Part shown: positions 39,129 through 53,425 of the stretch, in pieces
How the letters are laid out: each line of letters starts with the position of its first letter
Position numbering within the stretch: the first letter of the stretch is position 1
NCBI RefSeq assembly: GCF_018977255.1
Contig: NW_024704742.1
Coordinates: 20,214,001-20,278,000, forward strand
DNA length: 64,000 nt
Source: Callorhinchus milii
Taxonomy: Eukaryota
Reading direction: 5' to 3'
Program-made: the position numbers and the translations under genes
Notes under the pieces: generated by a model
Database searches by the model: none
What the model was told of the DNA's origin: nothing
The model's input: only the letters and a program-made list of their open reading frames with translations

Positions 39129-39328
39129 CAATGGTAGCCTACCTGCGGTCTGTGGGCTGGGATTCACTCCCATCACTGTGGACCCATCAAGCAGCGGCCT
39201 CGCTGAACATTCGCACGAGTCTAGGTAAGTTCGTGTTTAATGTTAATCTGTTCTCATTTTTTAAAAAAATTTTAACGAAAAAAGAAAACATTCATTTTGT
39301 TGGATGACCGTAAAGGTTGCCACCACTG
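39129..39328. mobile_element. Second copy of the same hAT MITE
   Basis: Shares gagtctaggtaagt..gtgttta and attttgttgg..gacc.taaaggttg.ccaccactg with 4617-4747; flanks ttctagct / ctccatct match at 5/8. Confidence 0.75.
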
Positions 39329-39432
39329 CTCCATCTACTCGGGCAAACCCAGAGTGTTCACTGAAGATCTATTTAGTGTTTTTAATGTTCCTGCTATTTA
39401 TATTGGTCATAGTTCTACTCTTGAAACCAGCT

Positions 39433-40078
39433 ACAACAACAACTTGCACTTATATAGTGCTCTCCACCCAGGGTAGCGTCTCAGAGTGCTTAACAGTGCC
39501 CGAGCCTGACCCCGAATCGTGGGGGGTAGGGGGAAGAGGGGAACGGGGGGGCTGTGCTGCGGTCAAAGAAGAAGGTCTTCAGACAAGACTTGAAAAAGGG
39601 GATAGGGAGGCAAGGCGGAAGGATTGAGAGAGAGTGTTGCAGAGTTTCGGGGCATAGTGGCTGAAAGCGCGACTTCCAATGGTAGAGCGGAGGGTGCGAG
39701 GGACAAGCAAGAAATCGGTGCCAACTGAGCGGAGGCATGAGGTGGTGGATTGGGGGGTGAGAAGGTTGGAGAAGTTGGGAGGTGCTAGAGAGTGAAGGAA
39801 TTTGAACACGAGTGTGAGGATCTTGATATCGATCCGTTTGGTGATGGGGAGCCAGTGGAGCCTGGCCACAACTAATCAGATGGAGTTAGGAGTTTGATTA
39901 GGGTAAGTATGTGGGTGGCAGAGTTCTGAATGAGCTGGATCTTTTGAATAGTGGACCTGGGGAGACTGGCGAGGAGTGCATTTGAGTAATCCAAGTGACA
40001 AACAAATGCACGAGGGTTTCGGCTGCATTTGGGGTAAGGTACAGTAGGAGGCGAGCAATGTGTCGGAGGTGGAAGAAA
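39433..40078 (-). mobile_element. L2 3' fragment (second lineage)
   Basis: ARLHWLPITKRIDIKILTLVFKFLHSLAP..IGSRAFSHYAP; (CAA)n tail at 39433. Confidence 0.92.
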
Positions 40079-40550
40079 GAACAGCTGTGTTAACAGCTCC
40101 TCACAGCTAGAAATTGGCCATATAGCCTACGTTTTCTTAGTGAAACCTCATAAGACTTTAGTTCTGAGGAGATCAGAGCAAAGGTTTCATGAGTCAAAGA
40201 TGAACCCAGGTCCAGTAACTTTATTGCTTACGAGAGGAATTTTCAACCCCAATACTGCAAAGGAAGGTGGCTAGGATTGTTGCTGCATGTTGCATATGTT
40301 ACACAAAGCCTCACCATGGAAGTGGAGCAGAATGAAACCATCGTGGAACAGGAAGCAGATGCACATCAGCCAGCCCCAGAATAGCCTATTCTTGGCGGAT
40401 AGTCAGCATCACTTGTCTCTGTCCTGACTGGCCTAATGGACTGCACTGTCTCTTTTAATTTACTTTATGTGATACAGTAGAGCTTCACATCTTTGTCTTT
40501 GTTTTTGTCAGTCTTTGTTTATATTGTGCCTGGCTTCCATTAGTTTACAA

Positions 40551-40749
40551 AAAGCAAAATACTGCAGATGCTGGAAATCTGAAACAAAAACAGAAGCTGC
40601 TGGGAACACTCAGCAGGTCAGGCAGCATCTATGAAGAAAGAAAAGTGAGTCAACGTTTCAGGTCCACGACTCTTCGTTGACTCACTTTCCTTTCTCCATG
40701 AATGCTGCCTGACCTGCTGAGTGTTTCCAGTGATTTCTGTTTTTGTTTC
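40551..40749. repeat. Long inverted repeat, probably of the chondrichthyan Penelope-like palindromic repeat type
   Basis: 75-bp arms 40581-40655 and 40675-40749, 66/75 complementary, 19-nt spacer. The Penelope assignment is from recalled similarity only. Confidence 0.8.
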
Positions 40750-41026
40750 TATTAATTTACATATAGCTTGACTTGTTTCTGAATACTTACACCTTGGCTG
40801 AGAATATTGGTTACCATCCATCGTTTAGCTTTAAAGGCTTTCACCATCTTTCTGACTTTTCCCGCTGGCTTCTATCTTGTACTTTTCTGACTTTTCTTTT
40901 AGTTCTTTCTAGGCTCTGTGTTGCTCTGACTTTTCAACGTTTCTGAGCAAGTGCCTGAGGTTCACTGAATTAGTTGCTCTCCCATTCCCTCTTTGTAAAT
41001 AGAATCTTCCCACATTTCTTGTGCAT

Positions 41027-41822
41027 CAATGTGGATAAATGTGAGGTAATGGATTTTGTTAGAAAGAATGAGGGGAGGCAATATAGACTAGGCAAAACAA
41101 TCTTAAGGGGGGGTGAAAGAACAGAGAGACCTGGGCGTTCAGGTAAATGAATCCTTGAAGGTGGCAGCACAGGTAGATAAAGCTGTAAAAGGAGCATGTG
41201 GGATACTAGGCTTTATAAATATGGGCATGGAGTACAAGAGTCAGGAGGTTATGATTAACCTATATAAAACATTGGTTAGGCCTCAGCTAGAATACTGCGC
41301 CCAGTTCTGGGCACCACACTATAGGAAGGATGTTAAGGCATTGGAAAGAGTGCAGAGGAGATTTACGAGGATGGTACCAGGAATGAGGGACCATGATTAT
41401 GAGGAAAAGCTAGAGAGGTTTGGATTATTCTCATTGGAGCAGAGAAGGTTACGAGGAGACGTAATAGAGGTCTTCAAAATCATGAGGGGATTTGATAGGT
41501 TAGAAAAGGAATAACTGTTTCCACTGGTGGGTGTGTCGATGACTCGAGATCACAGATTTAAGATAGTCTAAAAGAAGCAGAGGGGAGGTGAGAAGAAATG
41601 TTTTCACGCAGCGAGTTGTTCGAATCTGGAATGCATTGCCTGAAAGGGTGGTCGAGGCCGATTCGATGACAACTTTTAAAAACGCGGTGGACGGGTCTGT
41701 AGGGTTATGGGGAAAGGCTGGGGAGTGGGATTGACGTTACATTGCTCTTTTCAAAGAGCCGGCACAGAGTCGATGGGCCGAATGGCCTCTTTTTGTGCTA
41801 TATGATTCTATGATTCTATGAT
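41027..41822 (+). mobile_element. CR1 3' fragment with (GATTCTAT)n tail
   Basis: ORF 41113-41514 ERDLGVQV..LYKTLVRPQLEYCAQFWAPHYRKDV..LERVQRRFTRMVPG..RLRGDVIEVFKIM; ends tatgattctatgattctatgat. Confidence 0.95.
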
Positions 41823-42731
41823 CAGCACATCTTTCTGCTGTATTTAGTCACTTGTTTCACTTTGGCCTTTAGTCGTCACACGGTCAAAGGATTCTAGCAA
41901 GAACCCTTTCAATTTACGAGCACCCTGATTTATAAATGGATGGCACATCAGTTCATATCAGAGAACCAAACTCTCAGTTCATCTGATCAGTTCCCAAGCA
42001 CTTAAAGTCCCTTTATTTTAGGCAGCCTGGAAAGCTTTGCAATCTAGTTCATTCAAGAGCTCTGAGACACTATCCAGTATGAGGGGCACAATATAAAAGC
42101 AAGTTGTTGTTGCCATTGACCAAAATTAGTCCTGTAATCCTTTAATTAGATTTTGAATAGGACCTTTCACATCAATTGTACAGAACAATGTTTGCAGTTC
42201 TCTCCAAGGCAATGCCTATTGTCTTCTTGGCTATTGATCATTCAATGACAATTTTCACTCAGTGTTTTATCAGCCAAATTGATGAGATACTCGGTTCCAT
42301 CTCCAGGCCATGTGATGAAAGTCAAAACTAATTATTCCAACCTTGTTCAGATTACTTGTGTTGTCAGATTTCCAATACTATACCTCAAATAGATCTACTT
42401 TCAAAATGGTGCTGATGCAGCAGAGACAGGTTCAGAGAATAGCACCTAAGATGATTATATGTCTTAGGACTCCAAGTTTTGAGTAGATCGTTGCAGAGTT
42501 GAACTCGTCTTTATTTGAATTGAGATTACTTTCAGGACTTGAAATGGTGTGCGCCAAGAGTGCGTACAGCAAGCAACCTGATCTACCACTGATCGGTACT
42601 GACTGCATTGTGGATATAGGAAAAGTGTGAATGATGGGTCATTACATCAAAACAAATAGGCAGCAGCTGGCTAACTGAAATACTTTTCCATTAAGAATTA
42701 TTTGTCACTATAATACCAGACTCTGCCAGCC

Positions 42732-42752
42732 CTCTCTCTCTCTCTCTCTCTC
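42732..42752. repeat. (CT)n microsatellite
   Basis: Uninterrupted CT run. Confidence 0.9.
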
Positions 42753-43069
42753 TGCTTTTTCCTTTCTGGAATGATCTTTTTGCATTTCTTGCTGCTTTCT
42801 GTACTCTGATTTTCTTAATGTTGCCGGTTGAATAATGAAACAGTGTGAGTCCACTTTTACCTCAAATGTTCCTCTTCAATCAGCCCCTACACATCATGTG
42901 TAGCAATATTGTTGAACTAAGTAATGCTTGTGTTTGTGTAGCACAGGATGTATTTGTGTACGATATTTGATCCTCAAATGTTTCCTGTAGTAAGAGTTCT
43001 GATCTCTTGCTATTAAAGTTAGTTTGTATCCTTTGCATTAGAATTTGCGCATTCAGACTCACTGAAACA

Positions 43070-44387
43070 ACTTTCAAAATGTAGGATCTTTATTTGCCCC
43101 AGTGTCAAGCAAATTTCTACATACACAACATTCACGAGTTATGGAATCCATTACATGACACAGAAAAATTATTATTTGATAGACAAATGGTTAGGTAAGA
43201 GACGTTTAACACCCTAGATGACCACACATGATAAAACATTACTGGTTTTAAAAAGGGAACCATTTCAGTCACTACAAACCTAAACACTGTAGTTTATCAG
43301 CTGCTATGGAGTAGAGCAAAGAATCCCATTCTCCCCACACACCATATTTTCCCAACTAACAGATGACAATTACAGAACTGAGCAGCTGCAATATACAGGG
43401 ATGGACACGGGTATAAAATCCAAAGCACAATACATGACTAGTTAATTAAGTTAATTCAGATACTCAAAGGAAATCTCCTAAAAATACCACCAGCTCATCC
43501 AGTTGCATTCGTTTTTACTGTGTAGCATATGTTGACACTCTCGCATGTACTCTTCCCTTTAGTATTAAAGCCTGCAGAGATAACATTCAATTACAGACAA
43601 GTGAATGACAGATTTCTATAATGTTACTTAAAAGGTATTAACTGTTTGGTGTAGGCTAGTTTTAACTCGTGTCAGTACATCTACTGAGAAAGAGGGACTG
43701 ATTGATCCTTTCACATGGTCAATCAACTAATATTGAGGGCATGTCTACATCTGGTAACATTGAGTTAGTCAATACCTCTACAGACCTGTTCTCAGCTTGA
43801 ACAGCACTAAACAATGAGGTTCTGAAAAGCTTTTTTTAAAACTCTTATGACAAGCAATCAAGCAGCCACAATGGGAATACTTATCCATTTTTTTTTCATC
43901 CCTGTCCCTGGAAATGCATCTTTTCAAGGCACAAAAAAGCTGACAAAGAAAAAAAAATGACTCCAATGTGAAAACTCTGGTTGTTGAATGAGACACCATA
44001 AGCAAAAATCTATCCTGCATACTGTAGAAGCAAAAGTGGAAAAATCAAAGAAATGGGTTTTAGTGCATCTGCAATAATTATCTGCAGCTGCTGTTATGTT
44101 TTGTATAGCGAATGCACCTAAGTAGCTAGAGGGCTGCCTTGTACAATTTAAAGAAACAATAGCCACTCACCCCCTTGTTGTTAATAGTGCTAACAAATCA
44201 GAACATTCCAATTATTACCTATGGTTATTTCACTCAAAAATACCTGTTGTTTTTTTTTGTGCCTGCAAACCTGGTTCACATTTAGTTAGGTACTTTTCAT
44301 AGTGTATAAAAGAGCAAAAATGGTGAGTTGCAGGTTAAGTGCAGTGGAAAAGGTTAGACCAGGGATTAGGTAACTAAATTGCCCTCT
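43070..44387 (-). other. FSTL5: Putative FSTL5 3' UTR
   Basis: AT-rich stretch with no recognisable interspersed repeat between the stop codon and the AATAAA; the 3' end is inferred. Confidence 0.65.
43089..43094 (-). promoter_or_regulatory. Candidate polyadenylation signal AATAAA
   Basis: Minus strand reads ggggcAAATAAAgatcctacattttgaaagttgtttcagtg: a canonical hexamer followed by U/GU-rich sequence, about 1.3 kb after the stop. Confidence 0.65.
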
Positions 44388-45107
<720 letters not shown>

Positions 45108-45513
45108 TCATTGTTAGTGCAGTGAAATATTAATCCAGACGGTGAAAGTAATGCATTACATGTGCAATTATTCCAACAGTAAACAAACCATTCTGCAATA
45201 TGTTCTACAGTAAACAATTATGAAGGCGAAAGCTCCAGAATCCTATAATGAATAGAAAGTATTGATCAGTATTGTGGTATTGAATTATATATAATAGTCC
45301 AATAAATGACAGCTGTGCTATACCCAACTGTGCAATGATACTGATTCTCCTGTCAATTGTGAAAGTGTGTAACATTTTAACATTAGAAAATGCATTGTGT
45401 AGCAATACAGAACGGTTACATAACAAAGTCCTAAGGATATGATAATCTAGTTATCACATAGCTTTGGTCTCAATCATCCAGTTGCATGTCCACATGAGGA
45501 ACTTTACACTCAA

Positions 45514-45537
45514 TGGTTGGTTGGTTGGTTGGTTGGT
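45514..45537. repeat. (TGGT)n microsatellite
   Basis: tggttggttggttggttggttggt. Confidence 0.9.
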
Positions 45538-46958
45538 AGGGAAAATAACAAAGTAACATTCTGAATTACACCAATACATTTGAAGAGGTTAATAAAACAT
45601 CAGACTCTGAAGGACACCTCTCTTTGTCCAAGTAGAGAGATATTTGTTCATTTCTTTCTCTGCCCTGAAAGATGAGATCAGCCGTCCTTCCCAAATATCC
45701 TGTTTTTACCATCCTGCGTGAATGTATTTCCACATTCACTCTGCCAACATTATGAGAGTCCGACAGCTCCACAAATGCCTTGAGCAAATCTCTCAGGGAG
45801 AAACAGGTCTAATTTAAAAAAAGGTATAAAACTTGATTATTTTGCAACCGTTGATACTCATAATTATCAAAACTAGTATTTTCTACCCTTTCTTCAAAAA
45901 AATGTCCAAACTTCTGGAAAATGGCTGCTGTGAATGGGGTATTCATTTCATCACATGTTATTGGAAAGTCATAAAGTAGTGAACAGTTGGCATTGCAATT
46001 TGTTCCTTATTTGTTTCTGTCAAGAAAAAAAACCCCTGTTATTTTCCATGTCTGAAAGCAACATTTTTTGGTCAGGAAAGGGGTATCATCGCCTTCAGGG
46101 ACATTTACAATACGATACAATTTACATTTATATTGCGCCTTTCATGTCGGGAGAGCATCTCAATGCTCTTCATCCTCATTACTGCAGAAGGTGGTAGTTC
46201 CAGGTTTGTCCTGAGTCAAACTGTTTCTTTGCATCAAAAGGGCAACCTGGGTCAGGGGTTACCTCTGAGTCAGAAGGCTATGGGATCAAATCCCATGTCT
46301 GGACTTTGAGTTCATAGTCCAGGATGACAATTCTGTGCAGTAGTGGGGGAGTGTCGCAAATCAAATGATACATAAGCAAGTTCTGACAGCCTGTTCAGGT
46401 GGATATTTGAGATTCCAAGGCACTACTCGAAAAGTAGTACTGGGCATCCATGCCAACAATTCTCCAGTTACTTACAAACAAACACAGTCTCAATTCCCTG
46501 TGAAGATCTTTAAATGTTTGATGCTTACAGAAGCGATATCAAATACAAGGATTATTTATCACCTCACCTCCCAGTTTACAAGTTGACATTTAAATTGTGA
46601 AGGGCACTTGAAAGAAACTGATTGCAGGCCTGAAGCCTCCTGATATTTCAGCAACTGCTTCTTCTGCTTAGCTAATTGATTTAAGTTACATTAAAAAGTA
46701 CATCAGAAGCAGCTGGTGTTGGCTCTCCCTTCAGACTGTGCTCCTGTTACAGACTTTTATCTTTCTTTTATCTACACTGAACGACAGTACATGGCAGAAT
46801 TTTAGGGATAGAAAATGTATGGTGGGTCTTGCTTGACTGGAACCATCTGGTATAATCGCATTTTCCCAGTCACTTCTACATAATGTTTAATATTCTTTTA
46901 CCTTCTCCAATCATTTAATTCCCTTTCGAAATAATTGATGGATTCTGCTTCTCTTCTT

Positions 46959-47221
46959 GGTCCCCTGGATGTCTGACATGTGTGAAAACCCCTCACCATG
47001 CTTAAAGAGTATCCAAACCAGACAGGTTGGGAAGAACAAAGACTTGGAGACCCCACAGTGAGATTTGGGGTACTGTTAGAGTTTGAAGGTTTAAAACAAG
47101 TTTGCTATTTGAGAGCGCTCGATTGCAAGGTTTCCTGCTGCTTGTGCAGTTAGGACCACCTGATCCATTAGGGCTTTGGCTTGCAGGGTTGACAGGAGCT
47201 GAGTGGGATGACTCCCTGCCA
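46959..47221. repeat. Unclassified interspersed repeat, copy 4
   Basis: gatgtctgacatgtgtgaaaacccctcaccatgcttaaagagtatccaaacca..tagggctttggcttgcagggttgacaggagctgagtgggatgactccct. Confidence 0.8.
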
Positions 47222-48029
47222 CAAGTTAGATGATTTGAAAGTTTCCTTCTTATATTAAAAATACAACAGTGTGTGGCAGGTCAAGTACTTGGATTGATTT
47301 TGGTCTGCCATGCAATTGCGTGGCTCCAGGAAGCAGGCAGCTGCTGAATAACAAGTGGGCAGTTTCCTTGCAATTTTTTCTGTGTTGTCACTAAGCTCTG
47401 TTTTTTTCTGTGGCTGTCTAGTCAGTATATAAGGAAGTAGCCTGATTTTAGCCTGTTGAGTGGGGAAAGGTTCAATCTGACAATTCAATCCATCCAATTT
47501 TGCAAGCAGTCACTACCTCTGCTTGCAGGGTCAATGTTTATATGACGTTGAACCGTCAGAATTCTGTCTTGAATGGGTGATCAGAATCTGTCCAGAAATA
47601 AATTGAATCCTCATTCCTGTGGATGACATTTTATTCCCTTTGCTCACATCTTGAATCTGACTCTTCCAAAAAGCTGCCTTTCAGCAATCAGATTAATATT
47701 ACCCTTCCCATCTTTTGAACAAAGGTACAGTTGGAGCTTTGAATTGGGGTCAAACGGGTTTTGGGGGATTTTATATTTATTTTCTTCTAACTTTAGCTTT
47801 CAACCTAAGATAAAATCAACTGTTTCATTGTATGTGACAATGCATCGCGCTCTCAGCACTGCACTGAAGTGTCAGCCTGGATTACAAACTCAAAGTTCCA
47901 ACACGGGGCTTGAACCATAATCGTTTGACTCAAGAGGCAAAGAATGCTGTCAAGTGAGTTAGAAAAAATGTTTCCTGACTTCAGTTCTAACAATCTTTGA
48001 TACTGCTTTAATATAAAACAATACTTGGT

Positions 48030-48370
48030 CGACTGCGAGATCCTTGTTTTGATTTTCAAATGTCTCCAAAGCATTACCTCATGTTTCCTCTGCAATCTCA
48101 TCCAGGCCCATTTCCCCTCCCTCCATTCCACAAACTCTTGTTGCATTGATCCCTCCACCTCTGCCTTACTTTTGGCATCCGAGTTTTCATCCAGTATGCT
48201 CCCGCTCACTGGAATTGCTTCCCCGCCTTTTACTCTGCCTTGCTGCTTTAAAAGCTCTCCTAAAAACCCTGCCACATTAACCATGCTTTGATTAGCTTCC
48301 TCCTGTACCTCTAGTTCCCAACTTGCTTGGGTAAACAATCTGTCTCTGTAAAGCATTGACTATATAAAAG
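48030..48370 (+). mobile_element. Highly degenerate L2 3' fragment
   Basis: EILVLIFKCLQS-like remnant and an L2-type tail. Confidence 0.55.
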
Positions 48371-51234
48371 GAGTTACTTAAGTACGAGTAGTTGTTCTGC
48401 ACAACTGTGTTATATTCCTGATTGTTCCCTATTGAGCACAGTAATTAGGTAAATTTGGTGTCCTTCACGGTAGTTAGCTGTGAAGAATAATAAAAATGGA
48501 TAGGTTTTATGGAGCAGAACCATCAGGCATCTAGAGGGGATAGGGATGAATAACCAATGCTCAGCTTTCAGTTCCTTTTGTGCAATGGACTGTATTTTTT
48601 TGTACATTGGCAATATGATGACATGCTAAAGGTGAAGTAACAGAAGAAAAAAATTGTATATTGGCTTTGCTACCTCCAGCAGTTTCCAAAAACTACCATC
48701 AGGCCCAATGCTGAAGTCCGAATGTCAACAAGAATTATATCTCCAATTCACTGAGCCATTTGCACAGCATGAGGAAAGCTGCAAAGAAAACACACAGCAG
48801 TGTTTACCTTAGCTTTCTTGCTCAGTAAAAGCTCCAAAAGGTTACAGGACTCAATTTTGCTTGCATTGAAACTTTATAAAATGTCTTCCTTTCCAGGTAC
48901 TAATTCAGTTTTCAGCTCCTGTATTTCATTGCAGTGTATTAAGTGGGGGTAGCAATGGGCAGAGGTAACTAAATTAATTGAGGGTATAAGCCTCCCAATG
49001 TTGAACACATGAGGATTTCGAGTACTGCACTGTAGTGCCATTCGGCAAGTGAGAGCTAACTGCATGCTCCAGCAACTCTGCGTCTCCTAAAGTGAGTCAC
49101 AGAACCATTATTAAACACATATCTTGCTTCATCAGACCTGTTCATTATCAAAAGCATTTTGTTAACAACTTGAAAACCATATTACAAAAAAAAATTAACA
49201 TCAAATTTAGAATGAAAATAATGTGATAACTGGGGAGAAGCACACAGATAAACGTAGACTGAGTATGAAAACAAATAGGATTTACTCTAAGGATACTCAG
49301 ATTCGTATCTTTAATAGTGTGAGCGCCTGAACGTCTAAATCCAGCTCTAGAGTAATCAAAGGGCTCACAAACTGGGTTCCAGCATCGAACTCCATGCTCA
49401 ATCCAACTCACAAGACCCAGGCATGCACCCAAGGTTGGAGCGAGTTTATACGAGTGAGAGTGGAGTTCCTCGCTGAAGACTTATGTTCTCAGTGGCTTTT
49501 GTGGCAGTGAGGCAACAGTAAATGCTCCACGTTTCTCAGGAGCTGCTGTACAAGCTAGTTTTGAACCCTCATTGCATTATACCTACAGACAGTATCAATA
49601 AAATCTCACTTCCATTTCAAAACTGTTCATTTTCTTCCGTTCACAACGTTGACAGCATTCGTAAGATTGTCACTAAGTTTGCGATGTGGCCCTTCTAGCA
49701 TTGGAACCTCACTCAATTTGGAAATAATTTATATTCATAATAATCATAATTATGTTTATCTTGAAAACCAAGATAAATACCAGTCCTCCCTCCACCTTCT
49801 TAGGATTATGATTTTAAAAAGTATCTGCTTTATTTCTAGGTTATTAAATAAATAAGTTATACTTCTGAAAATTGAATTGCAATAGAAAATGCACTTTAAG
49901 AAAATTCACCTATACTAACCAAAACAAGATTCCCTTTATATGTGTTTTAACATCTTTTTATTATCCTATTGATTTCCATTGATATATAAACTACTCTTGA
50001 CAATCCCAACAGCTGAATTGATCCAGATGCATCTGACATGCAATGATGACTGAAGGATCCTGAGTTAGCAATTCTGTATCAACTTTTCAAACTGAAGTTT
50101 GTGCTCATCAAGTAAGAATTGCTAGTGCTGGAGAACAGGATCTCTTTAACATTTTAAGACCTCAGTTCCAGCATTTAGTGCTTCTAGGCCAGGTACAAGA
50201 TATTCAGATGTAAAGTTTCCACTATTTCTGCGCTTAAAATGTTCCAACCTCAGACCATTATCTCCCCACTCCGTGTTGAAATTTTTAAAATATTTCCACA
50301 CCTACTAATCTTTCTAACTGCTCTGACCAAAACTAAAAACTTGGTAGAGTTTACTACAGGCTGTAGGTCTTTCACAACTGATTCAAATCACCCTAAACAC
50401 ATTTCAAGTTGAACCCTTAAACCCAACAGAAAGTGAACTCCATCTATCTGTATGGGTGTGATTCAACACCAGGTCTGAGATACACTGATGCATGTAATTT
50501 TTTACCCAAACTCTAATTGTTAGTTTGTCAACTTGATAGAATAACTCATGTTACATACATTGTTTTTGTCTCCATGCTCTGCACATACTTAGGATCATAA
50601 GATACAATACCAATTGCCTGTTTATCTGCAAACAATCAAAAAAATATAGGACGACTGATGAATTTTAACCTAAAGTAGTTCTGTTCTCCATGGGATATGT
50701 TAAGCTGTAATGTATTGTCAATTTTCTTTAATATGCACTAATGACTACTGTGCTGTGGTAGGAACAAGCTTGTTATCAGCAGGAAGTATGGACAGGGTAT
50801 GGCAAAAAACAAGGCAAGAAGCTGTCAACATGCTGGGTGATTTTACCCCATAGGCACTTTAGACCCAAGAGGCAAGCCAAACAGATGTTGCTTTAAAAGG
50901 GGAATATGACTGGAATATTGGATACTAGACAACGTTTACTCTGTTTGCTGGGACACACATTTAACAGATGATACAACGTAAAAATGTTGGCAATTGATGG
51001 TTACAAATTAAATTTTGTTTTACCTCAAACCATTATCTCCTTATTGTGCCTTGGAGTGCCATGAATAAGCTCACTCATCTTTGCACAAGTAAGTTTGAGG
51101 GAATACTGATGGATAAGCTTGTTTATGATTGCATCTATAATGCAAACCCTGTTAATCATCTATTTATTAGGTTTGCATTGCCTTCAAAATCACCTGTCTG
51201 ATTGGTCATGAGTAAATTTCAAAAAGATTTATTA

Positions 51235-51672
51235 ATAATAATCTTTGTATCTGATACAGCCCCTTTCATATCAGTAAGATATCTCAAAGTATTTCACAAG
51301 TGACTAGATTAACAAGTGAACTTTCAGCCAATTTATCTATCTACAGCAATATCCCCACAAACAGCGATGAATTCAATGACAAATTTTATTTGGGGGATTG
51401 TTGGCCAGGATACCAGTAGAAACTGCCTTCTCTTTGTAAAGTAGTGTCATGGGATCTTTAACATTTTGCAATTTTGAACAGGCAGACAGAGTCTCGATCT
51501 AACATCTCATTTGAAGGATGGTGTAAAACAAAATTTAACAATGCTGTGCACCCGCAGCACTTCTTTGGAGTGTCAGCGTAGATTATGAGTTATAAAAGTC
51601 ATGATATGGACCTTGAATCCCCAACCTTCTGACTTGGACGTGAGAGTGCTGCCAACTGAGCCAAACAGACAT
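51235..51672 (-). mobile_element. Near full-length Deu-domain SINE (SacSINE1-like)
   Basis: Reverse complement: ggctcagttggcagcactctc..gtcagaaggttggggattcaag head, then ccatccttcaaatgagatgttaga..aaagatcccatgacacta..cctggccaac Deu-like core, then an L2-type tail. Confidence 0.85.
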
Positions 51673-53425
51673 GTAAACGTTCAGAAATATCAGTCCTTGA
51701 TTTACTCTTAAGGGGGAACTTATGATGATTCTCTGTATTCCATTCCATTTTATTCATAAAATATGGTTGCTCAGGAAACGTGAGTAAAAATGTTTAATGT
51801 TAGATACAGGGTGAAAAAAGTTAGAATAGGAATGAAGAAAGAGAAAGCATAAGAAACAAGAGGACAAGGACAGATACTAGTTTTAAAATGGTTGATTTAA
51901 AATTGTGTTTGTGAGTTTATTTTAGTTTATATTATTACAATAAAGCTTTGAGACTTCTCAAAGACGTAATAAGGCGTTATATCAAATGCAAAGATTATTA
52001 TTATTCTCTTAAATTTTGAATAGCTTTATACCTCAGGCATCAGTGCATTTCTTAGTAGCACAATGAGTGACCTGATAATGATGGCGCCCAGCAACTAAGA
52101 CAGCAGTGCTACAGGCAGGATATTCCCTATCCTGGCACGCAAGTTACAATGTGCAAAGAAGAACCGACATAAATCACCCTTTGATTGACAGGACACTGAA
52201 TAAAACAGACAGTACATCAGCTCTCAATCTCCAGATAGAAGATAAAAATCGGACATTTCATTACAGCTATACCAATATTAATTTAACTTTTCTCGCTGAA
52301 ATTCTATTTAAGGTTATCACACTAACTTTTACTAAGACTGCAAGAAATTGCAGGCAGGAGAGTTCTGAAAAAATCCTTCTAGAAAATGATGTTTTAACCA
52401 ACAAAAGCATTTGAAACAGTCCATCAAGAATTGGACTAAGCAGCATTATCCTTCAATTCATTGTGACATGATAAATACATTCAAATTTTTCGTGCTGTCA
52501 AGTCTTCAAAATGTCTAACTAATGATAATAATAACCTTAAAACTCAGATAATTATCAGCTACTGCAGGATTGCTGATATTAACAACACTAAAGTTTGACC
52601 CAAATCAATTTGCAGCACAATTCTTCTAAGTCCTGGTGTACATTTCAAAACCTTTATTAGAAATTAAACACTTCTATTCTGATCATATTGCTGGATTTAG
52701 GGACATGTCTTTTCTCTAATTGTACATTAGAGATCATAAGACAGGTTGGGATAAAGAGTGCTGTTCATCCCATTTTATCTTACCTTCCAGAACAACAACC
52801 CTGCCATCTTCCCATAACCGTAACTGTCCACTTCTTAAATGAGAACAATAATATGATAAAGTAGATTGTTATGTCCATTTTTAGTTAAATTTAATTTCTA
52901 CCATTATAAATAGCCTTCAAATGAAATGGAACCTCCGCTGTTTTTGTAACATCTGGAAGAACAATATTAAAAAGGGTGCAGAGAATTGAGATTAGAGAAG
53001 ATATCTCCTAGCCAAGAACCATTATGATTCTAGGAGGTGAAAAAAATTCAACCTGATAATTATCACTGATAATAATTAATTATAATGTAATCCTTGCAGT
53101 TGATCAAGCTCCTTTCATGGGAGGATGTTTCAAAATATTTCACAGGATGTACTGTCAAGTGTAGTGACTGTATTTTGTAGATGAATGACCAAATAATGAT
53201 TACATTATCAGAACCTCTGGTCCTGGCATGCTATGGTTAATTACTAGCTGTACCTTTCACCTCTATATATCTGTCAGTAATATAGATGATGGTGGGTCCG
53301 GAACTGATTTATTGCTATTATATGAGCTGTGTAAACCCTGTGTAATTGCTTGCCCATTTTGCACCATGTGTAAGTCACGTTCAAACGCATATGTATACAG
53401 GTATTACAGGTTACAGGATGTCCTT

